Below are positions 27,868 to 38,134 of a DNA stretch of 64,000 nt, piece after piece. A program made the translations under genes and the position numbers. This DNA comes from Longimicrobiales bacterium. Its GTDB lineage: Bacteria; Gemmatimonadota; Gemmatimonadetes; Longimicrobiales; Gaopeijiaceae. The notes under the pieces are model-generated. The model did no database searches and was not told where the DNA came from. It worked only from the letters and a program-made list of their open reading frames with translations. Position 1 is the stretch's first letter, and every line of letters begins with the position of its first letter. Location: NCBI GenBank assembly GCA_965198065.1, contig CBDAON010000004.1, forward strand, positions 2,080,001-2,144,000. The letters are read 5' to 3'.

Positions 27868-29316
27868 ATGGGCGCGTTTACCTCGCTGGACATCGTCGTC
27901 CTCCTCGCCTATCTGCTTGGAGTCACGATCTGGGGAGCGTGGCTGGGGCGGCGACAGCGTGGGGGTACCGACTACTTCCTCGGAAACCGGGAGCTCCCCT
28001 GGGGCGCGGTCCTGCTCTCGGTGGTAGCTACCGAGACCAGCACGCTGACCTTCCTCTCGATCCCGGGAGTCGCCTACCTCGGGAACCTCGCCTTCCTCCA
28101 GCTCACGCTCGGCTACCTGGTGGGACGCCTCGTGGTCTCGGTGCTCTTCCTTCCGGCCTATTACAGCGGCGACCTGAACACCGCCTACGCGCTCCTGGAG
28201 AAGAGGTTCGGGATAGCGGCGAGGCGCTTCACATCCGGGATCTTCATGGTGACGCGGCTCCTCGCGGACTCTGTGCGGCTTTTCGCGACCGCCATCCCGC
28301 TGGCCCTGATCACCGGCTGGCCGTACCCCCTCTCGATCACGATCATCGGCGTGCTCACGCTCGTCTACACGTACTTCGGTGGAATCCGGGCCGTGGTCTG
28401 GGTGGACGCGCTCCAGATCGGCCTCTACCTGCTCGGTGCGTTCAGCGCGGTGCTCGTACTCCAGGCGCTGATCCCCGGAGGGTGGGGCGAGGCTCTCGCT
28501 CGGGCCGGCGAGGCGGGAAAGCTGACGTGGCTGGACCTCTCGGTGAATCCGGCCGTCGCCTACACGTTCTGGGCGGGGGTGATCGGAGGGGGATGCCTCT
28601 CCATGGCGTCCCACGGGACCGATCAGCTGATCGTTCAGCGGCTCCTGACCTGCCGCGACCTGAGTGCCTCGCGGAAGGCGCTCGTGGGGAGCGGGGTCGC
28701 CGTCGTCTTCCAGTTCGCCCTCTTCCTCATGGTGGGCGTCGGCCTCTGGGCGTACTACGAGGGGCGAGCGTTCGCGGTATCGGACGAGATCTTCGCCACG
28801 TTCATCATCGAGGAGCTCCCCCCTGGGGTGACGGGCCTGCTCATCGCTGCGGTGTTCGCGGCCGCCATGTCCACGCTCTCGTCCTCGATCAACTCGCTCG
28901 CGGCGGCCTCCACTTACGACTTCTGGGTCCCGCTGACGGGCGGGAGGGGCGACGACGTGCAGGTGCTTCGCGTGGGGCGGGTGTTCACGCTGATCTGGGC
29001 AGGCCTCCTGATCGGGGCGGCAGTCGCGTACGTGCCCCTGGCCGAGGGATCCACGGCGGTGGAGGTGGCGCTCACGATCGCGTCCCTGGTCTACGGTAGC
29101 TTCCTCGGAGCCTTCCTCCTCGGCACCCTGGATCCACGTGCCCGCCAAGGCGGTGTCATCGTCGGGATGGCCGCGGGCATCGTCGTCGTCACCTCGATCT
29201 GGCTGCTGGCGGCGGCTCGGGTGGGCTGGCCGTGGTTCGTTCCGATCGGGGCCCTGGTGTCGATCTCGCTCGGGGCGAGCCTGAGCCGGATCCGGCGCCA
29301 GGAACGCCCGGCGTGA
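27868..29316 (+). CDS. sodium:solute symporter (possible amino-sugar uptake)
   Basis: DYFLGNRELPW, SVVATETS, SHGTDQLIVQR, AAAMSTLSSS. Confidence 0.9.
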   Translation: MGAFTSLDIVVLLAYLLGVTIWGAWLGRRQRGGTDYFLGNRELPWGAVLLSVVATETSTLTFLSIPGVAYLGNLAFLQLTLGYLVGRLVVSVLFLPAYYSGDLNTAYALLEKRFGIAARRFTSGIFMVTRLLADSVRLFATAIPLALITGWPYPLSITIIGVLTLVYTYFGGIRAVVWVDALQIGLYLLGAFSAVLVLQALIPGGWGEALARAGEAGKLTWLDLSVNPAVAYTFWAGVIGGGCLSMASHGTDQLIVQRLLTCRDLSASRKALVGSGVAVVFQFALFLMVGVGLWAYYEGRAFAVSDEIFATFIIEELPPGVTGLLIAAVFAAAMSTLSSSINSLAAASTYDFWVPLTGGRGDDVQVLRVGRVFTLIWAGLLIGAAVAYVPLAEGSTAVEVALTIASLVYGSFLGAFLLGTLDPRARQGGVIVGMAAGIVVVTSIWLLAAARVGWPWFVPIGALVSISLGASLSRIRRQERPA

Positions 29317-30224
29317 CGCCTGCCCCCGTTCGGGTCGTGGGGATCGACGGCGGCGCGACCCGGACGCGCTACCTCCTGGCGGACGCCACGGGCGGGATCC
29401 TGGCCCGTAGCGAGGGGAAGGGGAGCCTCCTCGGGGCCGGCGAGGACCCAAACGTGGCCGACGACCTCGTGCGCGAGGTGGGGGCCCTCGCCTCTCGGGC
29501 GGGAACTGGCCTCCCAGTGGACGCGCTCTGCGCCGGGCTTGCGGGTGCCGCCGGGCGACCGGACGCCAGGGCGCGGCTGCAGGACCGCCTGAGCCAGCTC
29601 GGTGTCTCCAGGCGGGTGAGGATCGTGCCGGATGCCGAGGTCGCGTTCGTGGACGCCTTCGGCGAGGCGGCTGGGATCCTCCTCATCGCGGGAACCGGCT
29701 CGATCGGCCTCGGAAGGGCCGGCGGTGGGGAGCTCGAGCGGGTGGGTGGATGGGGGGCGCTCCTCGGCGATGAGGGGAGCGGATACCGGATCGGGCTGGA
29801 TGGCCTCCAGGCGGCGATCCGGGGAGCGGAGCGCCGTGGCCCGCCGACCGGCCTGAGCGACGCCCTGTTCCGGTCCCTCGGGCTCGAGTCGGTCGCCCGG
29901 GTGCTCGAGTGGGGTCAGGGAGCGGGCAAATCCCGGATCGCGGCCCTGGCCCCGCTCGTGATCCAGGAGGCGGAGCGGGGAGACGCGGTGGCGGTAGAGA
30001 TCGTGGATTGGGCGGTGGCGGGGCTCGTCGGGCACGCCCAGGCGCTCGCGAAGAAGCTCGGGACTCCGGCGCCTCGGCGGGTGGCACTGGTGGGCGGCCT
30101 GATCGAGGAGCGTGGCCCGCTCCGGGCTCGGGTGGCCGAACGCCTCGTGAAGGAAGGCTTCGAGCCGGTCCAGCAGCTGGTCTATCCGGCGCGGGGGGCC
30201 GTGCGCCTGGCCCTTCAGTTGTAG
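29313..30224 (+). CDS. BadF/BadG/BcrA/BcrD-family N-acetylglucosamine/MurNAc kinase
   Basis: GIDGGAT, IAGTGS, GGWGALLGDEGSG; GTGA overlap with the symporter. Confidence 0.85.
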   Translation: MTPAPVRVVGIDGGATRTRYLLADATGGILARSEGKGSLLGAGEDPNVADDLVREVGALASRAGTGLPVDALCAGLAGAAGRPDARARLQDRLSQLGVSRRVRIVPDAEVAFVDAFGEAAGILLIAGTGSIGLGRAGGGELERVGGWGALLGDEGSGYRIGLDGLQAAIRGAERRGPPTGLSDALFRSLGLESVARVLEWGQGAGKSRIAALAPLVIQEAERGDAVAVEIVDWAVAGLVGHAQALAKKLGTPAPRRVALVGGLIEERGPLRARVAERLVKEGFEPVQQLVYPARGAVRLALQL

Positions 30225-30303
30225 TAGGTCGCCGAAGAAGGGGGGCGACCCGCGTGATCCCCCTCACGCGGGTCCGGCTGCACCCGGCTCGCGCGGCGCT
30301 ATC

Positions 30304-31149
30304 TCACGGCAGGAACCTCGCGTACGTGAGCGGCACGGTAAACTCGAACCCCCAGACCGTCCGCAGTCCCGCCGACGACCCCTGGAGTGTTCCGGTCCTC
30401 GTGTTGGCCGCGCGGAGCGAGAGCGTGTGGGGCGTGGTCGGGATGCGAAGCTGGAGCTCGGCGCCCCACACATCTCGGTCCAGGCCGATGTCGGTGAGCC
30501 CGTCCAGCCCGTCGGACTCGAGCGTTCCCGCATCCACCGCGAGCGCGACGTTCGGGGTCAGGTGAAGGAGGAGGCCGACGCCTGCGAACCAGCCCGGCTC
30601 CCCGGTCCCGAGCGTGTCCTGGAACCCGCGAAACTCGACCAGGACCTGGATCGAGTCCCCCGGAAACGTGTCCGGGAGACCGACGCCCACCCGGAGCGAG
30701 AGCTCGCCGTCCAGGCTCTTCCCGGCGCCGTTGTATGCCGCGGTGAGAGCCGCTCCCACCGGTCCGGCCAGGGCCGGCTTCCACCTCAGGAGCCCCTCCC
30801 ACTCGTTGTTGGTGTCGCGATAGAAGTATGAGTGCGACGCGTACTGACCGGCCACGAGCAGACGCCCCGGGAGCGGAAATCCGAGGAGCAGGGTCGGCGA
30901 GTTCTCGACCTGCCGCGGCCCGGGGTCATCTCCCACGAGCCAGAACCGATGGTTGAAGTTGAAGCGGGCGCTGCTCGGCTCGCCGACCCATCCGCCGGAC
31001 AGGTTCGGGGTACGGGCATCCACGCCCTGTGCGTGGAGAGCGGGGGCGGAGAGGACGAGGAGGGAAGCGACGGCGGCCGCGAGGCGCGAGCCGGTCGCAG
31101 CCGAGCGGTGGGGCAGGGCGGGTCGTCGGGGAGCTCGTGGGTGGCTCAT
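30304..31149 (-). CDS. putative outer-membrane beta-barrel protein
   Basis: Signal peptide, FNFNHRF, amphipathic strands, WGFEFTVP. Confidence 0.55.
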   Translation of the reverse strand: MSHPRAPRRPALPHRSAATGSRLAAAVASLLVLSAPALHAQGVDARTPNLSGGWVGEPSSARFNFNHRFWLVGDDPGPRQVENSPTLLLGFPLPGRLLVAGQYASHSYFYRDTNNEWEGLLRWKPALAGPVGAALTAAYNGAGKSLDGELSLRVGVGLPDTFPGDSIQVLVEFRGFQDTLGTGEPGWFAGVGLLLHLTPNVALAVDAGTLESDGLDGLTDIGLDRDVWGAELQLRIPTTPHTLSLRAANTRTGTLQGSSAGLRTVWGFEFTVPLTYARFLP

Positions 31150-31166
31150 TGCATCCTCCTAAATGC

Positions 31167-31679
31167 TCACACTGCGCCGGCTCGACCGCGGTTGCTGCCT
31201 CGGGGATGTCCGTCTATCAACTCCGCGTCCGAGATGGGAATCTCCCGGGTCTCCTTCGCTGTGGTCAGCACGATCGTGGTTCGCGTGGAGGCCACGTTCG
31301 GGATCCGTTGGATGTCGTGATCAAGGAGATCGGCGAGCGCCTCAGTGTCCTTCACGCGAACCTTCACGAAGAAGCAGTCCTCGCCGACCACACGGTGGAC
31401 CTCCTGGACCTCGGGGAGTGAGCAGAGCGCCTCGGTGATCTCGGGGGCCTGCGCCTCCTCGCCCGGCTGGACCCGAACGAACGAGACCAGCCCCCGGCCC
31501 AGGGGGCGCGGATCGATACGCGTCTCGTAACCCTGGATGATGCCGATCTCCTCCATCTTCCGGATCCGGTAGTGGACGGCAGAGGGGGCGAGGTCGATCG
31601 TCCGCGCGATCTCCGCGGCGGGGATGCGCGCGTTTTGTTGCAGGAGGAGCAGGATCCGGCGATCGGTGTCGTCGATCAT
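31167..31679 (-). CDS. Lrp/AsnC family transcriptional regulator
   Basis: MIDDTDRRILLLLQQNARI...HTH...EVHRVVGED. Confidence 0.9.
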   Translation of the reverse strand: MIDDTDRRILLLLQQNARIPAAEIARTIDLAPSAVHYRIRKMEEIGIIQGYETRIDPRPLGRGLVSFVRVQPGEEAQAPEITEALCSLPEVQEVHRVVGEDCFFVKVRVKDTEALADLLDHDIQRIPNVASTRTTIVLTTAKETREIPISDAELIDGHPRGSNRGRAGAV

Positions 31680-31701
31680 GGGTCGAGCCGGCAGTCGGAA
31701 G

Positions 31702-32571
31702 TCATCGGAGCACGTCCTCGAGAGCGGTGGCCGCGTCCGTCTTCTCGTCACGGTACTTTACGATCACGGGTGCGTAGATCTGGATTCCGCGCTCCTCGAC
31801 GAACGGTCCCGAGGCGGGCCGGGAGCCCGGGACCACGACGGCGCCGGACGGCACGGTCAGGGGATTCGCCGCGCCTCCGCGCACCACCTCGCCCCGAACG
31901 AGGTCGAACAGAGGCGTGGCCCCCGTGATCTGGACCCCGGCCGCGAGGACGGCCCGACGCCCGACGACGACCCCCTCGAACACACCGGCGTTTCCACCGA
32001 CGAGCACCTCGTCCTCGATCACGACCGGCCGAAGCCCCACGGGCTCGAGCACCCCTCCGATCTGCGCGCCCGCGCTCACATGAACGCGGCTCCCAATCTG
32101 CGCGCAGGATCCCACGAGCGCGTGTGAGTCAATCATCGTCCCCTCTCCCACCCACGCGCCGACGTTCACGAACGCGGGCGGCATCACGACGACATTAGGC
32201 CCCAGATAAGCTCCGGCCCGAACGGAGCTCCCCCCGGGGACGATCCGCACCCGCTCCTCCACGCCCCGCGTCTCGCGGAGGGGAAGCGTGTCGCGGTCGA
32301 AGTAGCGGAACGGATGGGTGCGCTCCGCGTCCCCCTTGGGAAACGCGACCGTTTCGCCAGCCCGGAAGGCGAGGAGGATGCCCCTCTTCACCCACTCCAC
32401 CGCCTCCCAGCCCTCGGGCCCGCGATGGGCCGCGCGCACCTCACCGGTCTCGAGCAGGCGGAAGAGGCGGGTGACCGCCGCCCTCGCCGCGTCACGATCC
32501 CGGAGCGGCGACTGGGCGGAGAGCGTCCCGATGGCCGACTCGAGCTCGCCCACGCCGTTGCCTGGGCTCAC
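31702..32571 (-). CDS. dapD: tetrahydrodipicolinate N-succinyltransferase
   Basis: EWVKRGILLAF, RIVPGGSSVR, SCAQIG...GGVLEP hexapeptide repeats. Confidence 0.93.
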   Translation of the reverse strand: MSPGNGVGELESAIGTLSAQSPLRDRDAARAAVTRLFRLLETGEVRAAHRGPEGWEAVEWVKRGILLAFRAGETVAFPKGDAERTHPFRYFDRDTLPLRETRGVEERVRIVPGGSSVRAGAYLGPNVVVMPPAFVNVGAWVGEGTMIDSHALVGSCAQIGSRVHVSAGAQIGGVLEPVGLRPVVIEDEVLVGGNAGVFEGVVVGRRAVLAAGVQITGATPLFDLVRGEVVRGGAANPLTVPSGAVVVPGSRPASGPFVEERGIQIYAPVIVKYRDEKTDAATALEDVLR

Positions 32572-33470
32572 GGGCTCGTTCTAAGGAGCCCCGTCTCGCG
32601 GAGCACCCGCCGGAGCGCCTCGAGCGACGCCTGGGAAAGAGGGGCGAGGGGTGAGCGCACCCCGGAGCCCATCCGCCCCATTAGATGGAGGGCCGTCTTC
32701 ACCGGCACCGGGTTGGTCTCGATGAAGTTGACGCGCATGAGGGGAAGGAGCTCGTAGTGCACCCTGCGAGCCTCTCCGATATCGCCAGCCAGGGCCGCGG
32801 AGACGAGCGCCTTCATCCGGGCAGGGGCCTCGTTGGCCGCGACCGAGACCAACCCGTCTCCTCCCAGGGCCATGATCGCGAGGGCCGTCGCGTCGTCGCC
32901 CGAGAGGACGAGGAGCCCCTCCGCGCGGTCCCGCACGAGCGTCATGACCTGGTCGAGGTCTCCCGACGCCTCCTTCACGCCCACGACCGGATCCAGCTCG
33001 GCTAGCCGGAACACGGTCTCGGGCTCGAGGTTGACCCCCGTGCGACCCGGCACGTTGTAGAGCACGACCGGGACACCCTGGCCTGCGAGGGCGACCTCCT
33101 CGTAATGGCGGAAGAGCCCTTCCTGGGAAGGACGGTTGTAGTAAGGGGTGACGAGGAGGAGGCCGCTCGCACCCTCTTCGACCGCCGCGGCCGCGAGCCG
33201 CTTCGAGCGCTCCGTGCTGTTCGTGCCTGCCCCCGCGAAGACGGGAACCCGCCCATCGGCGGCCTGGACACACGCGGCGATCACGCGCCGCTGCTCGTCG
33301 GCGTCCAGGGTGGCACTCTCCCCCGTCGTCCCGCACGGCATGAGGACGTCCGCCCCCTGCTCGATCAGCCAGCCGGCGTGGTGGTCGAGCGCCGCGAAGT
33401 CGATGGAGCCGTCCTCGGCCATGGGGGTCACCACGGCCACGGAGAGCCCGCGGGGGAGCACGCGCTTCAA
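32568..33470 (-). CDS. dapA: 4-hydroxy-tetrahydrodipicolinate synthase
   Basis: CGTTGES, YNVPGRTG, GVKEASG, ETNPVPVK; TTG start overlapping the dapB stop. Confidence 0.93.
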   Translation of the reverse strand: MKRVLPRGLSVAVVTPMAEDGSIDFAALDHHAGWLIEQGADVLMPCGTTGESATLDADEQRRVIAACVQAADGRVPVFAGAGTNSTERSKRLAAAAVEEGASGLLLVTPYYNRPSQEGLFRHYEEVALAGQGVPVVLYNVPGRTGVNLEPETVFRLAELDPVVGVKEASGDLDQVMTLVRDRAEGLLVLSGDDATALAIMALGGDGLVSVAANEAPARMKALVSAALAGDIGEARRVHYELLPLMRVNFIETNPVPVKTALHLMGRMGSGVRSPLAPLSQASLEALRRVLRETGLLRTSP

Positions 33471-34213
33471 GTGAGGAGGTCGTCCATCAGATCGGTCATC
33501 GTGAAGACTCCCGAGCGACCCTCGATCCATTCTGCCGCGAGGACGGCGCCGAGCGCGAAGCCCTTCCGGCTCCGGGCCTCGTGCCGGAGCTCAACGCGGT
33601 CGTCCGGTCCTTCCAGCGCCACCTCGTGAACGCCCGGAACCTCCCCCACACGAGCGACCGAAACCTTGAGTATCGTCGGATCGACGGGGACCCCGGACTG
33701 GAGCTCCGTGGTCCAGCCGTCCTTCCGATCGATCTCGCGTACCAAGAGCTCGGCGAGGGAGCGGGCCGTCCCACCCGGATGGTCCGCCTTGTGCCGGTGA
33801 TGGATCTCCCGGAGGTGCACGTCGAACTCCGGAAGCCTATCGACCAGGCGGCCGGCCAGCTCGACGAGCCGAGTGAACAGGTGCACCCCAACCGAGAAGT
33901 TGGGTGAGTGTACGATCGCCGTACCCGCTTCGCGCACGATCGATTCGACGGCCTGGCGATCCGCTTCCCACCCGGTCGTTCCCACGACCATCCCGACGCC
34001 CAGCTTCGCCGCCTGCCGCACGTTCGCAAGCACGGCCCCGGCCACGGAGAAGTCGATCGCGACGCGGGCTCCCGCGAGCGCTTCGCTCGTGATGGCCCGT
34101 CCATTCAGATTCTCCGGCTCGTCCAGGACGGCGGTGACGGCATGGCCTCGATCCGTCGCGACTTCTCGGACCGCGCGGCCCATCCGACCGTATCCCAGGA
34201 GCGCAACCTTCAT
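33467..34213 (-). CDS. dapB: 4-hydroxy-tetrahydrodipicolinate reductase
   Basis: GYGRMG, VGTTGW, NFSVG, EIHHRHKADHPGGTA. Confidence 0.93.
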   Translation of the reverse strand: MKVALLGYGRMGRAVREVATDRGHAVTAVLDEPENLNGRAITSEALAGARVAIDFSVAGAVLANVRQAAKLGVGMVVGTTGWEADRQAVESIVREAGTAIVHSPNFSVGVHLFTRLVELAGRLVDRLPEFDVHLREIHHRHKADHPGGTARSLAELLVREIDRKDGWTTELQSGVPVDPTILKVSVARVGEVPGVHEVALEGPDDRVELRHEARSRKGFALGAVLAAEWIEGRSGVFTMTDLMDDLLT

Positions 34214-34316
34214 GGCCCGGCCCTGTCGGGAGGCGTGACGTCGGTCAAACTGACAGCGCGGCTGCCATGCAGGTCGTTGCAGCGGGACGATTTGACAGAA
34301 CCCGGCACACTCGGAG

Positions 34317-34333
34317 CTGGCACGTGTCCTGCA
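34317..34333 (+). promoter_or_regulatory. sigma54-type (-24/-12) promoter upstream of Hsp20
   Basis: CTGGCACGTGTCCTGCA, exact GG-N10-GC spacing. Confidence 0.55.
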
Positions 34334-34430
34334 CTAACGGTGGTCACGCGGCGTCCCGGAAGAGAACGACCTCGCCGGCCGACGTAATGTGTCACCTGAA
34401 CTCCGAAGGAGAAAGGAAGGAGGAATGACC

Positions 34431-34889
34431 ATGGCCATCACTCATTATCGCGACCGAAGCTGGCTTTCCCCCTGGCGTGAGCTCGATCAGATGACGAGCC
34501 GCTTTAACCGTCTCTTCTCGGACCGGTGGGTGCCGGACGGCGAGAGCGCAACCTGGCTTCCCCCGGTCAACGTGGAGGAGACCAGTGATGAGCTCGTCCT
34601 GACGGCCGAGCTGCCCGGCCTTCGTGAGGAGGACGTGGACATCCAGCTCGAGAACAGCGTCCTCACCATTCGGGGTCGGAAGGAGGAGACCCGCGAGGAA
34701 GGCCAGGAGGAGCAGCGGTTCCACCTCTGGGAGCGCAGTTACGGTTCGTTCCAGCGCTCCTTCACGCTTCCCCGGGCCGTGTTGGCCGACAAGATCTCGG
34801 CGACGTTCCAGGACGGAGTGCTCCACGTCCGCGTGCCCAAGGCTCCCGAGTCCAAGGGCAGAAAGATCGAGATCCGCTCGGCAACCTGA
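34431..34889 (+). CDS. Hsp20/alpha-crystallin small heat-shock protein (alternative ATG at 34425)
   Basis: PPVNVEE, AELPG, ERSYGSFQRSF, FQDGVLHVRVPK. Confidence 0.93.
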   Translation: MAITHYRDRSWLSPWRELDQMTSRFNRLFSDRWVPDGESATWLPPVNVEETSDELVLTAELPGLREEDVDIQLENSVLTIRGRKEETREEGQEEQRFHLWERSYGSFQRSFTLPRAVLADKISATFQDGVLHVRVPKAPESKGRKIEIRSAT

Positions 34890-34984
34890 TTGCCAGGCGG
34901 CCGCGGGCCCGCCGCCTCCGCTGGACTCTCCCGGCGGGGGCGGTCGTGTTTCGTGGTCTGGCCTTCCGTGCGAACACTCCGGCT

Positions 34985-35815
34985 TCAGGGGTCGAGCACC
35001 GCCCGCAGCTTCTCCAGAAGCTCCTTCGAGCCGGCCGCCACGATCGTGCCCGATTCGGTGGTCTCGATGGGGGCTCCCTCCCGGCGCGTGGCGACCCCGC
35101 CGGCTTCGGCCAGAATGACCCGGCCGGCCGCGACGTCCCACGGGGCGAGCTTCCCTTCCCAGAACGCATCCAGGGATCCCTGGGCCAGATAGCAGAGGTC
35201 CAGGGCCGCCGACCCCCCTCTTCGGATCCCCGAGCACGCCGAGAACACCCGACGAAAATCCTCCAGGTACGCCGGTAGCTCTTCCGGGCGGCGAAAGGGA
35301 AAGCCGGTCCCGACCAAGGCTTCCCCGAGGCCGTGCTCGGACGAGGTTCGGATTCGATGCCCGTTCCGGAACGCCCCACCCGCCCGTTCGGCCCACCACT
35401 TCTCACCCGTGGCCGAGGCCACCACGGCTCCCGCGACCAGGTCCCCCTCCACCGCGACGCCGACGGACGCGGCGTACATCGGGTGCCCGTGGAGGTAGTT
35501 GGTGGTTCCGTCGAGCGGATCCACGATCCAGAGCGGCGCCTCGCCGTCCCTGGTCGCGACAGGGGGGGGGCCCGGAAGCGGATCCGCCTCCCGAGAATGG
35601 GCTTCCTCCGACAGGATGCGGTGACCTGGAAAGCGCTCCCGGATCACGGTGAGTGATGCTCGCTCTGCCTCCGTGTCCACGAACGACACGAAGTCCGACG
35701 GGCCCTTCCTCACGGCGTCGGATATGCGCACGCGACCGCGGTGCTCCCGGTGGACGCCACTCGCGGCTTCGGCGGCCTCCATGGCCGCGTCGAGGAGGTC
35801 GGGAAATGGGCTCAT
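34985..35815 (-). CDS. suhB: inositol monophosphatase family protein
   Basis: WIVDPLDGTTNY, RRGGSAALDL, WDVAAG. Confidence 0.85.
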   Translation of the reverse strand: MSPFPDLLDAAMEAAEAASGVHREHRGRVRISDAVRKGPSDFVSFVDTEAERASLTVIRERFPGHRILSEEAHSREADPLPGPPPVATRDGEAPLWIVDPLDGTTNYLHGHPMYAASVGVAVEGDLVAGAVVASATGEKWWAERAGGAFRNGHRIRTSSEHGLGEALVGTGFPFRRPEELPAYLEDFRRVFSACSGIRRGGSAALDLCYLAQGSLDAFWEGKLAPWDVAAGRVILAEAGGVATRREGAPIETTESGTIVAAGSKELLEKLRAVLDP

Positions 35816-35900
35816 CGAGGGGGTGGGCCGAGGGTCGCCCTGGTTTCGAGGGGGCGCTAACTTAGCGGCTCTTCAACTCCGTGACCAAGCGAGGCGTGGC

Positions 35901-36911
35901 GTGAAGGAGCGCGTCTTCAGCGGGATGCAGCCCAGTGGCGAGGCGCACCTGGGGAATTACCTGGGGGCGCTGCGTCAGTGGGTCCAGCTACAGGAGGAGT
36001 ACGAGTGCTTCTTCTGTATTGTGGACGAGCACGCGATCACGGGAGAGTTCACCCCCGAGGAGCTCCCGGCGCGAACGCTCGACCTCGCGGTGAGCTTCCT
36101 CGCCGTGGGGCTCGATCCCGAGCGGAGCACGATCTTCGTCCAATCCGACGTGCCCGAGCACGCGGCCCTGGCGTGGCTCCTCAACGCCGTAGCGCCCGTT
36201 GGGGACCTGGAGCGGATGACGCAGTACAAGGACAAGTCCGCCCGCCTCGAGTCCATCCCGGCCGGGCTCCTGAACTACCCGATCCTCCAGGCCGCGGACA
36301 TCCTCCTCTACCGGGCCGCCCTCGTTCCAGTGGGTGAGGACCAGCTCCAACACCTCGAGTTCTCGCGCGAGATCGCCCGCCGGTGGAACGCCCGCTTCGG
36401 CGAGCTCTTCCCCGAGCCGAAGCCCATACTGAGCCCGGCGGGGCGGATCCTGGGGCTGGACGGGAGCGCGAAGATGAGCAAGTCCCTGGGAAACACGGTC
36501 GGCATTCTGGCCGATCCCGAGGAGGTCCACGCGCGGGTCCGCACCGCGGTCACGGACCCGCAGCGCGTGAGGAAGAGCGATCCGGGGCGTCCGGAAGTGT
36601 GCAACGTGTATGCGTTGCACGGACACTTCACGGATCCGGCACTCCTCCCCGATATCGCGGACCAGTGCCGTGGGGCCACCCGGGGGTGCGTCGAGTGCAA
36701 GCGGATCCTCTCCGACCACATCGCGTCCCACTTTGCCGAGGCGAGGGAGCGAGCGGCTGAGCTGACGGCGTGGCCCTCACGAGTGCAGGACGTGCTCGAC
36801 GCGGGCGCCGAGCGTGCCCGCGCCGAGGCGCGCGCTACGATGGACGAGGTGCGGCATCGGATGGGGATGGCGTGGCGGGAGCAAATTCCGGCTCCCTCGG
36901 GTCGGGCGTGA
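35901..36911 (+). CDS. trpS: tryptophan-tRNA ligase
   Basis: FSGMQPSG, HLGN, YPILQAADI, VGEDQ, KMSKS. Confidence 0.96.
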   Translation: MKERVFSGMQPSGEAHLGNYLGALRQWVQLQEEYECFFCIVDEHAITGEFTPEELPARTLDLAVSFLAVGLDPERSTIFVQSDVPEHAALAWLLNAVAPVGDLERMTQYKDKSARLESIPAGLLNYPILQAADILLYRAALVPVGEDQLQHLEFSREIARRWNARFGELFPEPKPILSPAGRILGLDGSAKMSKSLGNTVGILADPEEVHARVRTAVTDPQRVRKSDPGRPEVCNVYALHGHFTDPALLPDIADQCRGATRGCVECKRILSDHIASHFAEARERAAELTAWPSRVQDVLDAGAERARAEARATMDEVRHRMGMAWREQIPAPSGRA

Positions 36912-36933
36912 ACCTTCAACGGGGTCCAATCCC

Positions 36934-38076
36934 ATGAGTGAGCCGAAGACGGGCATGACGGACATCTTCAAGGCGGCGATCCAGCGGGGCGCGAGCGACC
37001 TCCACATCAAGGCGGGGGACGTGATCCGGGCTCGGATCCACGGACGGCTCCTTCCGCTCACACAGCAGCGGATGACGCAGGAGCAGGTGAAGGCGCTCGC
37101 GCTCCAGCTGATGCCGCAGGAAAAAGACCGCGCCCGCATCGACGACGACGCGGATTACGACTGCTCGTGGGGGCTTCCGGGCCTCGGCCGCTTCCGCGTG
37201 AACCTGCTCCGCCAACGGGGCTCGTTCATGATCGTCATGCGCGTCATCCCCATCGACGTGCCCTCCCTTGCGGACCTCCGGATGCCCAAGGTTCTGGAGA
37301 AGGTGGCCGAGAACGAGCGGGGGCTCGTGCTCGTGACGGGGACCACCGGATCGGGGAAGAGCTCGACGATGGCGGCCATGGTGCAGCACGTCAACGAGCA
37401 CACGCAGAAGCACATCGTCACCCTCGAGAACCCGATCGAGTTCCTGCACCGGGACAAGAAGAGCTCGATCACGCAGAGGGACATCGGAACGGACACGGAC
37501 TCGTTCGCCACCGGGCTCCGGGCCGCCCTTCGCCAAGACCCGGACGTGATCCTGATCGGGGAGATGCGGGACACCGAGACGATCGACATCGCGCTCAAGG
37601 CCGCGGAGACCGGGCACCTGGTCATCTCGACCGTCCACACCCAGAACGCGGTCCAGACGATCTCCCGCGTGGTTGCCGTGTTCGACAAGTCCGAGCAGGA
37701 GATGCTCAGGATCCGGCTCTCCGAGAGCCTCCAGGGGGTGGTCTCCCAGCGGCTGCTCCCCAGGGCCGAAGGCGAGGGCCGGATCGTGGCGTGCGAGGTC
37801 ATGGTCGTCACGGGCACGATACGGGACTGCATCAAGGATCCCGATCGGGCCGCCGAGATTCCGGACCTGATTGAGGAGGGGCGTCAGCACTACGGGTCCC
37901 AGAGCTTCGATCAGCACCTCCTCGAGTTGGTGCGCGACGGCCTCGTGGACTTCAAGGTGGCGAAGGCCGCCGCCACGAACCCGTCGGACTTCGACCTGAA
38001 GGTCAACTTCCTGGGAGAGAGCGGAGAGGGCGCTGGGAAGGCCCCGGGCGAGGACATGTCCCACTTGTTCGGATGA
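36934..38076 (+). CDS. pilT: PilT/PilU family type IV pilus retraction ATPase
   Basis: ASDLHI, GTTGSGKS, ALRQDPDVILIGEMRD, AAETGHLV. Confidence 0.88.
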   Translation: MSEPKTGMTDIFKAAIQRGASDLHIKAGDVIRARIHGRLLPLTQQRMTQEQVKALALQLMPQEKDRARIDDDADYDCSWGLPGLGRFRVNLLRQRGSFMIVMRVIPIDVPSLADLRMPKVLEKVAENERGLVLVTGTTGSGKSSTMAAMVQHVNEHTQKHIVTLENPIEFLHRDKKSSITQRDIGTDTDSFATGLRAALRQDPDVILIGEMRDTETIDIALKAAETGHLVISTVHTQNAVQTISRVVAVFDKSEQEMLRIRLSESLQGVVSQRLLPRAEGEGRIVACEVMVVTGTIRDCIKDPDRAAEIPDLIEEGRQHYGSQSFDQHLLELVRDGLVDFKVAKAAATNPSDFDLKVNFLGESGEGAGKAPGEDMSHLFG

Positions 38077-38134
38077 CGGGTCGGCGCTTCCGCTGGAGGG
38101 CCCGGCCGGTTCCGGCGGAGCCCGCGGATCGCGG

